64,000 nt of DNA from Lingula anatina (GCA_051362555.1 CM120640.1:21514001-21578000); one strand, 5' to 3'; positions 1-14,035 are shown, numbered from the stretch's first letter. Numbers and translations are program-made. The notes: generated by a model from the sequence alone, not told the origin.

Positions 1-2160
1 ATATATCTGTTTATGTTAGGACACCATGTTATTTCAAATGGGTAGTCTGCTGGCATCTCTGCGTGAATAAAATCACATTATTCTGCCGTATTTCCTCTCT
101 CCAAATGTGCAACAGTTGAATTCCAGGTCAACACGGTAACCGCCACCCAATGGCAATTAATGGATAACGAGAGTCATCTTTTTGGGCCTGCCCATGCATC
201 CCCCATTCATCAGCATAAGAAGTGAACATCCGTCAACCGCAGCATATTATCACTTGCTACAACAAGGCTACATCACTGTGCATGCCATGACAACCTCGCT
301 TGACTTTGGATTCAACTCCTAAATCTAACCAATATTATTCTAGCTTTTTTATTTTGCAGTATTATTTAGTGATACTGTTCTATGATTTGAGGAATATGTA
401 TCAATTTTTAAAAATTCGAAGTTAGTAGTAGGTACCAGTAGGTATTTATTTATTATCATGTATAATACAGGAAATGATCAAACCATAGAAACAAGTCCCA
501 TATGTGGAAACAACGTGATGACAGCATGAAGAACATTGACACCTAAATCGTCACACTTCAGTGTTGGAAGTGATGCTCTGTATAATCTCACAATAATATT
601 GTTTTCAATATTTTTATCTGCAACTAGCATCCCACACGAAATTAACCGAAAGGATAGCATACCGCCATCCAAAATGCGGTGAGACGTGACTGTGTCTGCA
701 TGGTCTACTGTCACCTATTTGTCCGTTATGCAGACCGGTGTAACACGATGACGGGGGCGAAATTTGAAGTGTATGTATGCGTAGTAGACTAGTTTAAATA
801 AACCAACACCGTGTGTACATCCATAACCGAATGCCTTTAGCTATTTAGCATAATGGCAATGCACTCCTTGCTTCAAAACGCTGACAGCAGTTTTCGAATC
901 GGTGTCAGTTGCCTGTGATAGAGATAGTAGTATATTGCAGGCAGTAGATCATCTCGTCTGGAACCCCTTAACTGCTACTGTTGTAAACAATGCCCATTCA
1001 TACTTACAACTTGTCATCCGACCTATCTAGAGAAACACACAGCTAAGTTCATACGGGGTCAGTGATTATAGGGGACAGTGACAATGTCTAAGAAAACAGC
1101 GACAATGACATTGCTTTCATAAAATGCACTGGACAAGAAAGTAGGTATGCACTAATGTACACTCAACCGGTAGAGAAAAAGTTAAGGTAAATACATACCT
1201 TTATGCACTGTCACTCGTTTGTAGGGTATAGCTCCATTCATGCGAACCAAAGCTACGGCCTAATATTACATCGAGATCGTTGCCTTTCCCCGTGGAAATA
1301 CAAGAGTTGCGTTGCTACAGTATTCCTATTTGTTACCAATCTGATAAAGAATAAGACTTGATTTTACATACCTTTCATTGACAACTCCACAGTCACTCTG
1401 CGCCGTTGTCATAGCTCAACAATATGTAGAATAGCTTCACAAACTCGTAAAACCAGTCTTCCCAGTGCTATGATAACTGATGCAGTTAATAAACCAGTTC
1501 TCCAACAAAAAGAGTTTTCCTCATAGAACGGGTGTACTTTTGACGGGTCGACGACCACCTGATACCTCGGAGAATCCCAGAAAGATACGAGACACTCTGA
1601 GAGATGCGCCGTCAGTCCACATAGGCTGGCCTGATGATAGCGGATTAGCTCGCGATGTTATTAGCTCACAGTTCTCGTCGGCTGAATGCTTGGATGATTA
1701 ATGTGAAAGGAGGAAGCCTAAAGGGGTGTAGGATGGAGACTTCCAATGTTTGCGTGATTATGGGACCTTTTTTGACAGGCTCAGGGAATTCAAGCGAATG
1801 TGGACGCTGAAGACACTTCTGTGCTGTTGTTTGGTGTTGTTTTCTGTGAGGTTTTCGAAGAAATGAGCGCAATTTTGAAATGCTCCCTATTTGGACAAAT
1901 GATGGATCTTTTTTAACCGCAGTGAGAGCATGTCATATAAGATACTGTCTCCGCAGTGGCTTATAGTTAATAGGTTTTGATGTGTTTATTTGGCAACTGT
2001 TGCATATTCCAAAATTTCCCAAGTAGCTAAAGGTGAATGGCAAACTTGAAGATTTGTAACAGCCGCAATTTTTTTTTTTTTTTGTTTATAATTTTCTCGT
2101 AAGGGAAGGGGGTTCATATTAGTGTCTGGTTGTGGTTATCGGATTCTTTGATATTTTTGG

Positions 2161-2208
2161 ACACACACAGTGACAGACAGACAGACACACACACGCACAC
2201 ACACACAC
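2161..2208. repeat. (AC)n/(GACA)n microsatellite
   Basis: acacacacag tgacagacag acagacacac acacgcacac acacacac, read directly. Confidence 0.8.
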
Positions 2209-5200
2209 TGAAAGCTACAGGCCCACAGATAAGGGAGCTCGGGGAGTAGGACCGGGTGTTCGTAATGAACCGCTCGGTTGGAAAAGGTCCTCTCTTAATC
2301 AAAATATATCTATTTAGGTCCATGCCATTTTTCAAGTTTAGCCAATGAAATGTGCAAAAATGTCTTCCTTTGTATATATAAAAAAAACTATGGAAAGGCT
2401 GACTACAAGACTGGTCTATATTATGATATTTTTAATACGGATCCTCAGCATCCCATTAATGCGAAGTTTAGCGTGCTCTGAATGCAAAACAACGTTTGAC
2501 TCAAGCCAGATCTATCAAAGATGACTTTCTGAAAAGAAAGTTTGGGAAGATGTTCACAGCAAATCATTCTATCTTTTGTGATATGCATTCAAAGTTACAA
2601 AAAAAACTTTCTTCAAACGATAACTTAACTGAAATATCGGGGTGCAAATAAATAAGTTTTACTGTTGTATGGAGGAAAAGATGTTCATTTTAAGTGCTTG
2701 AATATACAGGCATTCATCCGGTGTGACACGTTTGATATTCACAGGGTCAGCAGTATGGCTACCCAACAACGAAAGCTGTGATAGCTATTCACGGCTTTGA
2801 ATGGCAAAAGATTCATCCTTACGAATTAGCCACTGAACTCATCATTTAGTTGAAAAAAAATCAAATTATGTAGGTCAGTGATCACTTTATCCGAAATTTG
2901 AAAAGCTTGCGATTGATTAATTCAGGCAGTGTTTAAGACTTGACGATTTTATAATGACAGTAAGCATACCAGTATCTAGGTTGCCAGTAATTAATTTTAT
3001 CAAGTTATTAAGTGGTAATTAATAATAATTATAAAAGCCCTTGACTTCCTTAAACTCTTATTTTGTGAAATTTTCCAGTGGCTTTAAAAGTGATCAAAAT
3101 AACGATTGCCAATCAGCCAAATTTAGCTTCGTATTTTCACCTTCTTATACTTCATATTCTGTATTTTTGTATTTCCCCTCATCTGGGACCCTCCTTTACC
3201 CTGCTTCTGTTTCTGTTGAGGGACTCATTATTCCTTTATGCTCTTTTTATAGTCACACCATAATTCAAGTACGTCATTAAATAATGGCCATCGAAGATAA
3301 AACGTTTGTAGAATTAAAGAAAGACAATTCGGATTTCATGGGCAAATATTCTGGTCTGAAAGGGTGTTATTTGGTCGTTATCCGTTTTTATACAAGCTTT
3401 ATGTTATGTTTATGTTACATAAGTTCACGATGAACGTGTGCACCGGAACACTGGTCAGCAATATCAAAACAACTGTGATACGGTCTAGATGGTCTGTCTT
3501 TGTAATCCAGGCTTTGCACTACTGTCTATCTACAGGGTGCACCCGCAGTCTGTTACAAAATTATTTAATCGCTGACTTTTTTAGAAGCCCCTGATATCAG
3601 AAGGTAGCTTTGCACAGATATTCTCCAACTTGTCCTAGACATTAAGATCCTACTCTATACTATAGAAACCAGCTTAGTGATGACAATTGTAAACATAATT
3701 TTTCATAGTACAGAAAAGTGAATAGAATTAGACATATCTGTAAATATGTACTGAAAGACCAATCTATGCCTTATATAGAGGGTGTTGTGATCTATGAATG
3801 AATAAACGAGACTTTTTCAATGGTGCATTTTAGCCCCTTTCCAGTCTTGTCCAAAAACATGTCTGAACTGTGCTATCAGTTGACCAGAAGCCCAACAAGA
3901 AACAAAAACTCCCAAGAGTATATACCCAACAAGAGACTCACATTAAATAAATTCAGGCCACTTTAATATATGCTCTGTTTCGAGTGTTATTGAGAGCACC
4001 ATCGTTCCGAAAAAGAGGCATTTTTGCTCAATGGTAATATCGATATTCACTGCGCCATTGAGAAGAATATATATATACCATCGTGACTCTTCCGGATTGC
4101 TCTAAGGTTTCAGTGTAATCAAAAGTTTGAATGCTAGCAAAAACGAGAAAACATTTGCCCGTAATATTCTGTCAAAAAAGTAATTTTATCCTTGCTGACA
4201 TTTACCTTTAAATGGCTTTTGTAATAGTTAAGAAAACAAGCTGACAAACCAAGTCATTTTGTCAAACGGTGATGTTAACACGAGCAAACAATCTCAAATA
4301 AACATTGTAGGAAAGAGATCAAGCGTCCACTGCCCCAGATTTATCTGGCGCCATTGTGACTGTCAAAAGTGAGTTTTTGATTAGGATTAATTGAACCCGG
4401 TCAAGTAAGCAGTGAAGGTGTTTTTACAGGTTCAATGGTATCATTTCTACCCACAAAATTATGTTATATCCAAGTTTGTTTTACTGTCAAAAACGGTTTT
4501 CATGCAGTCAGTAGCACTTTATTCATCAAACTGGTGTCGATCATAGCATTAACAAATATCATGCCCAGTACATTTTAAATATCTGTCGGACTTACATTAA
4601 AATTTAAACAATTTGCTTTTGTGGTAGTTTACACATTTTTTCCTTGTAATCAAAAGAAAGAAGAGTCCCAATAGAGGGTATTATGAGGAAATTTTTTCTT
4701 GTTGCCTTCAATATCTTTTTTCTAAAAGTAAGGCAAATTTCTAAAGATTGAAGTTTTACTGAATAAATCAGCCACCGGTCATCATAAGCAGTAGATATAA
4801 TCGTGGCTGTGGGCCCTAACAAACAGCAGTTACTAAATATCTGCATCTAAGATCTTTGAAAAGAAAAAATGGGTTGGAAAGGAACCTTTAGGGATATATA
4901 GGTGACATGGCCTGGCAGGACTGCCTGAAAACCCGATGATGTGGAGAAATGTTGCCATTGGCCTATTTTTCTTCACTTTGGCTATATGGTGATGATGATC
5001 ATGATATCAAATGCCTATTCACTTGCAAATATTAAAGTTACACATGACATCTTTGCCACTTTACCCCACCAAATGCCATCACATAGTTTCAAATAGCATA
5101 ACTTAAAGAAAACCGAAGTGCGTCGTCTCATACTTTCCAAAAAACGATATTTGGAAAGATGGTTTTTCTGCTTTTTTTCTGTACTATATAGGTAGTTTCC

Positions 5201-5447
5201 ATCAAGTCTTATTTGAATATTTATGCGACATTGCGCGCGTAGCAGCAATGCGCTATACATTAAGTAGGCCTACTACGTCATTTGGCGTCTTTTTGCGATC
5301 TGGAGGGACACATGAAATAACTGTTTCCGAACAGAAATTTTAAGGTTCATGACTATTTTTCGGCTGACCCAGTGGTTTTCATTTTGTTGATCTTTTTGCA
5401 TGTAGACTTTAACTAAGTCGTAAAAAAACTAGTAGAAGTGGTTTATA

Positions 5448-5892
5448 GGGGAGACCGGGGCTAGTTGGACCCCGGGGTAAGTTGGCCCCCCATCAATTTA
5501 TTACAAAGTAACTATGGGGTAAAACATCATTTTGTAAAGTGCCCGTATCCAATAGTGCTAAGAAAGCGTCGGCAGTGAGTCAAAATGAAATATTTAGAAT
5601 CTTAGGGCGTATTCCCATAGGTTTTAAATCGATCTATCCGCGTGGGGAGTCTCACTAGATTACTGTCAGATAATCCGGCTTAAATGTCCGTCCCGCCTAC
5701 TACAAGCTGTAAGGGGGGAATTAACTTTCGTGCCCGCTCGGCTGACAGCTATTTAGCGTGAACCCCCAGGGAGTTAGGTCGATCTAGTTTGGACCGATCT
5801 ATTTTCTGGGAATGGGGTCTTAAAGTAACTTTATTAAAGAGACTTGATGCTGGGCCAACTTACCCCGGGGTCCAACTAGCCCCGGCCTCCCC
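5448..5892. mobile_element. Non-autonomous DNA transposon (MITE), Tc1/mariner-pogo type
   Basis: Near-perfect ~41-bp terminal inverted repeats GGGGAGACCGGGGCTAGTTGGACCCCGGGGTAAGTTGGCCC ... GGGCCAACTTACCCCGGGGTCCAACTAGCCCCGGCCTCCCC. TA flanks both ends (5446-5447, 5893-5894). Confidence 0.85.
5605..5819. mobile_element. Probable PIF/Harbinger-like MITE nested in the TA-flanked MITE
   Basis: TTA on both flanks. Imperfect inverted ends GGGCGTATTCCCA ... TGGGAATGGGGTC. The right end resembles those at 28413-28422 and ~46663-46672. Confidence 0.5.
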
Positions 5893-8800
5893 TATGTGTA
5901 ACCGAATAAACGCTCGGTTCGAACGAAGGCCTATCTTCAAGTGAAAAGTGTTATGTTCACTCATGATTCCCCTAACAATCTGGCTTGTTACCCGCCAAAA
6001 TCTGAATTTTGATTCGCTGCTTCCATCATGTATGTACAGGTGGAGTTCAGGTCGACTCCGAAACAAAAAACCCTCCACTCACTGAATTTCGAAGATACGA
6101 ACAGTGTTGTGTGAAAGTTGTATATGGGCCGTAAAGTTGTCAATGGCACGTGAAAAGCTGATCCGCGAGCTCGTCTCTTGCGACAATTTGCAGCAGCAGC
6201 GAGGCTGTCATTTTTATCACTGCATTCCAAGAACGAACTTAAAAAAAAATTGTCCGAAACCTGTAGAATACTGGTACTACCGTAATTGTATATTGAAGCG
6301 TACTTGTGTTGGACTAAAGATCAAGTCATCTCACGTAGAACGTAGCCCGTTCGTACCTCGGAGGTAGTCCGTACTATGTTTACACCGGGTATGTCATTGA
6401 TTCACGCCAGCATAACTCATATCATGAATATTAAGAAGATCATGCCTCCATTCATGGACAAATTATTTTGTCCATGATCTTTTCACTCTCCGGAAACTGG
6501 CCGATTCGGTTGGATTTGCCTGGATTTTCTGACATAATACAAATCATATGTTGGTGTATTACATTGCGTTATCTGCGTTACATTTTGTGAAGCATTATAT
6601 TGGAAATTTATATTGCAATCCTATGGGATTGAAAATCATTGTTACTATTCGGTAGTTACTGACGGTTAAATAGACTAGGGACTGTTTTAGGGAGATGTTA
6701 TTATAATTCTGTTTCTATTCACATTATGGGGCAATATTTGTTCACTCTATAAGCTAAGGCATTACAAGTTTTTTTTTAGCAAAGAAATGACTTGTGACAT
6801 ATCACGTGCGCCATAGGAAGCACCAGTGAAATCTAAAGTGAGGCTTTCCTGGGGGTTTCCGTCTGAGAACGCAACGAACTCTCACCAGTATGAAGGTGTC
6901 ACTAAAGAAATAACTAAACCAATCTTTTGACAATTAGGATGTATCATAGAAAATGCCAAACAAAACATGGCAACCCTACATCATAAAAGACGCAAAAGGC
7001 ATTGACTTTGCACGCGAAAAAGTAAATTACGTACACTGTGCAAAAACCATGTAAATTTTTTTGATTGAGCATGTAAGGAGTCCTGGACATAAGGGTGTGA
7101 AATTTCATCCGTGTGATTTTCAAAGTTAGTCGAGCGCGCTGTGCACATGCGTGGCAGGAACCTTACAAAGCCGGCTGTAATGTTATATGTACGAGTACAA
7201 ATGTCAGCGCCCAAGTTCAAGAACGCATATAGAAGCAGATAAATGTTTTGGAAATTTTCAGTCTATGTCATTTTCTAGCAATGTTCATGTCTCGGTTCGC
7301 TACCTGGTATGCAGAAATAAGCCAACAAAGCAATCTTGCTTTGATGACAATACCTAATAAAGCAATGTAGTCTCTTTCGCATTGAAAATCTTAAAGGTGT
7401 GTAGCATAAAGTGGGACTCTTAGTCTGCAAAATTCAACCATGCTGAAAATACAGTATTTAGTGAGGGAAACTTGTGGTATGTTTCAAAAGAACTGTATAC
7501 TAAGAATAAAATTACATGTAAAACAAACCAAATATCAAAACGGTTTTTAGTAAAATCGAATTGGACACATTAATAGAGCGTGTCTTTAACTTTTCCTATT
7601 ACTGTAATAATACTTTTTGCTTTGCATTAAAAAATGCCCAATTTTAGACGCGATTATGCTTCATCTCATGCTTCTTCGACTCCCCGCCCCCTGTCCACCC
7701 CTTATGAATCCGCCAGTGATCGACAGGGTAAACTTAGAGTTTGCGTTTATATAGGGCTGAACGCGCAAAACAAAAACTTAAAAAAGTACCTACCTATGTA
7801 TCTAACTAACACAAATGTTTTTTGGTCAGTTATAACATCGGCAAATAATTTACTACAAAGGTTGTGAGCCCCAGGACCCACGTTTAGTGGTCTTAGATCA
7901 GCCGAAAGATAATGTCGTGAGTTGGTCTATATCATCTGATATCATGGCCAATGTCACTTTTGTTTGATGGCCACACACACGTTGTTAGGACACATGCACA
8001 GTAAAACCTCGTATTAAGTTACTCGTGGACCGTGCTGCTTTATACCAACGCCTTAACCTTGGGTCAAAACTCAGTCATTGACGGCACTGTTTTCAGTCAA
8101 TCTGAAAGTGATCTCCCTACCAAATGTGACACACAAAGAGAGGTATCACTCAAACAACTTCATCAATCAATCCGATGAACTAGCTAAACTGTAAACGAGA
8201 AGTGGTGAGGATGAAAAAAAAAAAAAAAAAAGATGAAACGAAAAACCATTGCCAAGTCACTTTGAATGCAGTTTAAGGTCTGTGTGTCACTGGTGTCATG
8301 TCACATCAAGGTCGGAAACTGATCGTTGTAACAATGAGGAACAACTGTCGCAGTCGCTAACTCAGACGATCCAGCCCAGTTATCTTTTTCTTTTTGCACG
8401 ATTGGCGTAATCTCTGTGTGATATTTTAAACCTCCCTACGAAAAAATGTCATCCCTAACGTAATGGGTAAAGTGATACAGAAAATCATGCCATGAACCAA
8501 TGTTCTTTATTCAACTTCTAAACGATTTTAATCACAAAAATTTACTGATTGTACAGCAAATAAATAAACTAATCATCATAAAAAAAAAACCAAAGTCACA
8601 TTTAAGCATTTTGTACAGTATCTTCTGCATTGCAGGATTGCGTCTGTGCGTGGAATTAAAGAGTTCTGTGACTTTGGGCAGTGATGGCGGTAAACTTAGA
8701 AACATGGTATGCCATTTTTTTGTGAAATGTTGCAGTCAAGTTCCAAAATGTCATGTTCGTTTTCTAGGAGGAAGGCGTATAAACATCCCCTTTTCTCTGG

Positions 8801-10754
8801 GAGTGGTTTCCTTCGGTCGGCCTTCCCCAGGCAATATTACCCATGTGCATGTTTGGTTATGATGTCGTCTATCCCTCTGAACGGTTCTCATGGAACAACC
8901 CCGTTTCGGCGGGTCAAAACTCCTTTCTGTGTCAACCGCTCGGTAAAAAATGCATCCCCCCGCACTTACCAGCCGCATATTAAAAAATAATTAGCGTTGG
9001 AATATTTCAATGGTTAGGTAGCTCAATGTTCTACTACGCATATCCTCAATTTACACGATGATCGGTTGCCTAGTTGTAATGTAACTTTAATTAAAACTAT
9101 GGGTACCCTTGAAGCAACAGGGTATATATTTCGGCGTTACCGTAATTGCGGTAGGGGTGCCACTTTTTTTTGCTAGGGGAGTATAGTGCAATACTATAAT
9201 AACAGAATTTTCAAATTAGCGCCCATTGATATTTGACTCTGACATCAACTCTGAATAAAAATAAATTGAAGTCACTACATTTATCTGTTAATTTCATTTA
9301 TGACTTCCCTGTTCAGTATTTGTGTAGGCGTGATCAAAAGAAATAATGATTATATAATACAGTCATTATATACAGAGAGACTACATTTTGCATATAATCA
9401 ATAAATACTTGTAAATTTATCCAGAATATATTTTAATTTTTTCTTCAAAATAGATGCACAATATTGTTATATGTCTATCATATATATTTGACATATTAAT
9501 CAGCACATGTGTTTCTTCTGAAATGATTACCACACATTTCAAACACTGGTATTCTAAAATTCTATAAAACATTCTGCACTGGAGATCTAGATTTTTGATA
9601 TTTTAAAAATCAAATCATTAATCAATTTATATGACTTATAATTACAATGAATAATTGGTATTGTTTAGTTATTTTATAATAATTCATTTAGAAAGAAAGG
9701 GGACACGGGGAAAATATGGATAAATCTAAAGCCCACCCCATCCCACCTTTCCACAAAGTTCGGTATCGGATAAATACTGATCTAAATTTACATGAAGTGG
9801 ATCTAGTGTAACCGATTTGAACAATAACCACAGTCTCACATCAGAACTGCAGGGAATAAAAACAGAAAGATACAGTGATTTTGTATGTGATACCAGGTTT
9901 ATTACCATTGGGTTATAGATTTCAAACATTCCACAGCAATAAAATGGAAGTGTAATGACATTGAAAGGCGATCTGTTCCTTCCACGTAATTTTTTACGAT
10001 AATAAAGTTAGTATTCAACGTGTAAATGATAAACGTGCATTGCATTATTGTATTTATCTACATTTGATACAGTTCAATAAGGTAATTTTTATGCCGCTCA
10101 CGCCATCTAGTTGCTTCGTTGATCTACAAGACGATGACTGGGAGAGGCACAAGCAGGAGACAGTAACCTTATTTTGAGAGACGCCTTCGATTGTGAATAA
10201 AATTTGGAAAGCCACCCACGCCCTAAGCTTTCTGGCATCACCTGCAGGCAAATATTTGTAATCTTAAAACTCATTTCAGGAGTCCATACTAAATGGCAAC
10301 AAATAGAAAATAATAAAGATAATGTTCGTGATAACCTAATTTTTGTATGAATCATGTTTCTATCAGTTTACAACTAAAAATCAATTTTTAAATTTTTGTT
10401 TGAATGTACATTTTTATCCATGATTGCTCTCAGAAGAGTAATAAGACGTTTTACTAGTACTGAAAGGACATATATGGTATAATACGCTACATAATCATGG
10501 TTTAAATTAACTCTTACAGTGCTGGCGTTGTTCGGTATATCTGTTGCAATATTTCTGCCATGAGTTGCTAATGAGTCTTCACAGAAGCTGTTTTATATAG
10601 CTATTATTGGAAAATGTAATTATCCTGGTATTTAACGCTATGGTTTTGGACCATTAGTCTAAGAAAGCAGTCCTTATGTGACCACTCTTCCTTTGGATTT
10701 GTCACCTCAGTTTTCCAAGTGCGTCTTTGAATGTCACTTGCTTTCGATCATTTG

Positions 10755-12746
10755 TTAATGAATGTCAGGAGGTAAGCCAGAAAGGTACGGGCGTGAATAG
10801 GCAGTAATTTCTTCCTCTGAACCCGAAGCTTCTGATGCTGGGACACTGTCACCAGGAATTCTTTCATATATTCGAATCATTCCCCTACGTCTGAGCCAAA
10901 TCAAAACTACAATGACGAAAAAGATAACGAACATAACCGTCCCTCCGATGATGAACCAGTTAATGTTCTTCTCCCAAATGTTTGGGTCTGGGATGTAATC
11001 GCAGACGACATTCGTGCCCATTTTGGGACAACAGGCACCAGCCTGCGATGGATCTTTCAGGTTTGGAAACATACACGGTTCGGTATAAGGGTTAAAGCTA
11101 CAACATGGGGTCTTTCTTACCACGTGAGAATCAGCTGGATCGAGCATCAAACACCCGGATTCCAAGCGCGTACAGTTGTTCGGCCTTGATCTCTGTGAAT
11201 CACAAAGTTCGGCGTTCTCATCGGAGTTGTCTCCACAGTGGTTATGTCCGTCACACACAGTGGACGAATCAACGTAGACACCGTTGTTACACCTAAGCAC
11301 CGTCTCGACATCCGTAACGCTACCGTTTCCAGTGTGATACAAATTCATAATAATGCGGAAACCTACGGCGTCCAGCTTAACACTTCTTAAACGCAGATAA
11401 AGAGCCACAGAATCATCCGGTGGAGAAAGGAAAATAGAAGTGTTAGGCGTGGTATTGGACGCGTCAAACTTCCCAAGAAACATGCTGCCGTTATCCCCAG
11501 ATCGATAAGCAATTAGTGTCATAAAGCTGTCTTGGCTCCATTCATCGTATACCGGATCTGAAAACAAGTGAGGGTTACGTATTGTCTTATTGCCAAAGTC
11601 AAATTCTTCAAAGTGTATATGAAGTTTGCTTCCGTTTAGAGGAATAAGCCATACACAGTCGTATATTTCATCCGAGGATATGCCGTTTATACTGATCGTC
11701 AACGAGTGTTCAAAATCCAACATCGACGTTGCCTGTCCACAGTTAGTTATGGTTGGGAGTACGTAGTTTGTTGAACTTTTATAATCGCCTGGCAAAAACA
11801 GGTAGGAAAACCTGAAATAGTTGTAAAATGCGTTGAACATCTTTTTGTTGTACTCGTCTGTAAATGTCATCTTTATCTGATTACTGCTGGATATGACGAC
11901 GCTGGAATGTTTGTAAAGCGGCGAAAGGGAAGAGCCGCTCTTGCCATCGGTGATTTCAATGTACTTTACCGTATCTGGTATCAGTACAGCCACGTGGCCA
12001 TTACGGTTCTTGTTCGTAATGGAGAGGACACAGGACGTTTTTTGCGTGTCCCACACCGGATTAAACCACGATAGTCGACCCATTGGCACACGGTCTTCAT
12101 TAGAACCAGGGATGATTTGATTCTCTGCTAAGTACCGGTTGCCGAAACGGTCCCACTTTGGGAAACAAGCGCCAACATAGTTTTCCTGATGCCAAGCTTT
12201 AGCTTTACATATCTTATATCTATCAAAAAGTATATTCGTCTCGGGGAAAATCGGGACGTAGAAATTGTCATCACCTTTACCTTTCTCAACTCTCCAGTTG
12301 CACAAGTGACTCGTATCTTGTAACATCACAAAATCACATTCGTATTCGAATACACATGATTGACTTTCCTTGGTGATGTTCTTAATAGCTACCCATCCGT
12401 ACATGTAGCTTCTCGCCATTTCGTCCTGGTCGCTTGCTATAAATGTGTACTTACAGCCACTGACCAATTCTCTGCTGTCCGTGTGGTTCTTCCCCTGACC
12501 ACACGTGGACTTATTCTCCGGCCTGTTGTCGGCATCGGTTGTTATTACCACCATCTCCATCGCCGTGGCATTTGGGGTTTGCTGATTCCTGGCGCGTGGA
12601 GAGCCCTCTCTGGAGATGTCTTCCTGGTTGAATACGACAACCTTCGTAAGATCGTCCTTGGCGTCCTCGCGTAGTAATATGCTGCATGTTCCAACGCTAA
12701 AGCTGTACAGGACAGCAAGGAAGGTCAAAAACAGCGTCATCATCAT
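10755..12746 (-). CDS. Single-pass type-I membrane protein with CUB-like domains and an LDL-receptor class A repeat (~663 aa, intronless CDS)
   Basis: Uninterrupted ORF. First ATG is 12746; the track start at 12755 is TTG. Signal peptide MMMTLFLTFLAVLYSFSVGTCS. CUB-like segments (CVLSIT...YIEITDG...SSSNQIKMTF; DCVWLI...LHIHFEEFDF...LYLRLRS...GFRI). LDLa CNNGVYVDSSTVCDGHNHCGDNSDENAELC. Cys-rich linker, TM WFIIGGTVMFVIFFVIVVLIWL followed by RRR, short tail with YERI. Splice acceptor tttctag|G at 12790 just upstream. Confidence 0.85.
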   Translation of the reverse strand: MMMTLFLTFLAVLYSFSVGTCSILLREDAKDDLTKVVVFNQEDISREGSPRARNQQTPNATAMEMVVITTDADNRPENKSTCGQGKNHTDSRELVSGCKYTFIASDQDEMARSYMYGWVAIKNITKESQSCVFEYECDFVMLQDTSHLCNWRVEKGKGDDNFYVPIFPETNILFDRYKICKAKAWHQENYVGACFPKWDRFGNRYLAENQIIPGSNEDRVPMGRLSWFNPVWDTQKTSCVLSITNKNRNGHVAVLIPDTVKYIEITDGKSGSSLSPLYKHSSVVISSSNQIKMTFTDEYNKKMFNAFYNYFRFSYLFLPGDYKSSTNYVLPTITNCGQATSMLDFEHSLTISINGISSDEIYDCVWLIPLNGSKLHIHFEEFDFGNKTIRNPHLFSDPVYDEWSQDSFMTLIAYRSGDNGSMFLGKFDASNTTPNTSIFLSPPDDSVALYLRLRSVKLDAVGFRIIMNLYHTGNGSVTDVETVLRCNNGVYVDSSTVCDGHNHCGDNSDENAELCDSQRSRPNNCTRLESGCLMLDPADSHVVRKTPCCSFNPYTEPCMFPNLKDPSQAGACCPKMGTNVVCDYIPDPNIWEKNINWFIIGGTVMFVIFFVIVVLIWLRRRGMIRIYERIPGDSVPASEASGSEEEITAYSRPYLSGLPPDIH

Positions 12747-13935
12747 GCTATACAAATGCTTTCCTACACCGTGTTTTGAAACATTGACCCCTAGAAAATG
12801 ATGGTTGTAGGTTAATGTTACATATCAAAAAGCAATACAGAAATTCCTTTGAATAGTTTTTGAATTTAGCCGACGAAATTAACCAATCATAACGAAAAAC
12901 TGATAAATTACGTCGAAAACGCATTTATAAACATCAACTACAATTGATAAAAAGTTACCGAGCTTTCGGCTTGTGTACCCGTCTCCAGGGACTAAAATAA
13001 GAATAATACACAAACTCTTTAGTCCCTGAAGAAAGCACACAAGCCAAAAGCTCGGGCACATTTTATCTTTCATAGCTGATCTTTATATGATGCGTTTTCA
13101 ATGTAATTTATTTATTTCTTATACAAGATCAACACGGTGATTACGATGAATCCTCATCGAAAAACTTACTGGGATGCATTGCGTTCATTCAGTAGAATGC
13201 TGCCTGACACGCTAAATACAACTGAAGACAAACGAGTTGTGAACTATGTTGAAATTAGGTTCAAAGTAAAATGCTGCGTTTTAAAGGAACACAAAGAGCC
13301 TACAATGAAAATAAAGAAATGGTTGACTGCACGGGCAGGCCAGGTAACGATATTTACGTTTTGTAGGTCATTCAAGTAAACCGGATACCCTTACTTACGT
13401 AAGGTGAGTAACACGCGGAACGCATTCATCCCCGGTTAGCGCCCCCATGTTAATGGGCTAGCACTACGAACTATTGTTGTGCCTTACAAATGCGTTAAAG
13501 TCTTATTAAAACTTATGTGCATTTATCTCATGGTTGATGCCAAGCAGTGAGGTTGCGTGAAAATATTAATGCAATGATATCACATTTTTTACTGTTTCTC
13601 CAGGGAAATAATTAATAAAATTTGCAGCCTTCAACAACTCAAATTTACATCATTTGGTCTTACAATGTTTGAACTAATGATTACATTGTTCCTCAGCCAT
13701 TCTGGTATCTACTATGTAAAAGTGTTGCGCAAATATTTTACTTATTGGCAACTACATTATTTTTCTTCTTCAAAAATTAACGATAATTTTTTTAACAGGA
13801 ACGGCATCCAATTAGTGTAAAAAAACATACTTTTTCCCACCCGCACCTTCAAGCCAATACTAATTTTCATAATCCGTTGAATATATATTCCCTAGATTTT
13901 ACCTGTAGTGCTTAACACACGTATATCTTACTTAC

Positions 13936-14035
13936 CAAGGAAGTCGTAGTAGACGAGAGACCATCAGACAAACCACTTTCTCAAGAACACCGGCAGATTC
14001 TGGTCTCAGCGCGCACGTCACTAGTCCTATTTAAA
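13936..14035 (-). promoter_or_regulatory. Possible core promoter and non-coding first exon of the CUB-LDLa gene
   Basis: Minus-strand TATA-like TTTAAATA (14035-14028) in a CpG-containing patch. Strong donor TG|GTAAGT at 13936/13935 could splice to the acceptor at 12790. Inference only. Confidence 0.35.

Noticed and set aside
1798-1866. Signal-peptide-like MWTLKTLLCCCLVLFS followed by gtgagg
   Set aside because: No compatible downstream exons found in 1900-10700, so it is unsupported.
5988-6230. Degenerate THAP-like N-terminus (AAANCRKRRARGSAFHVP)
   Set aside because: The first Cys and the later C..HF and AVP signatures are missing, so it is too weak to call.
1-10700. Short ORFs in the first 10.7 kb
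   Set aside because: No recognisable domains or consistent splice chains. Treated as intergenic or TE-derived.
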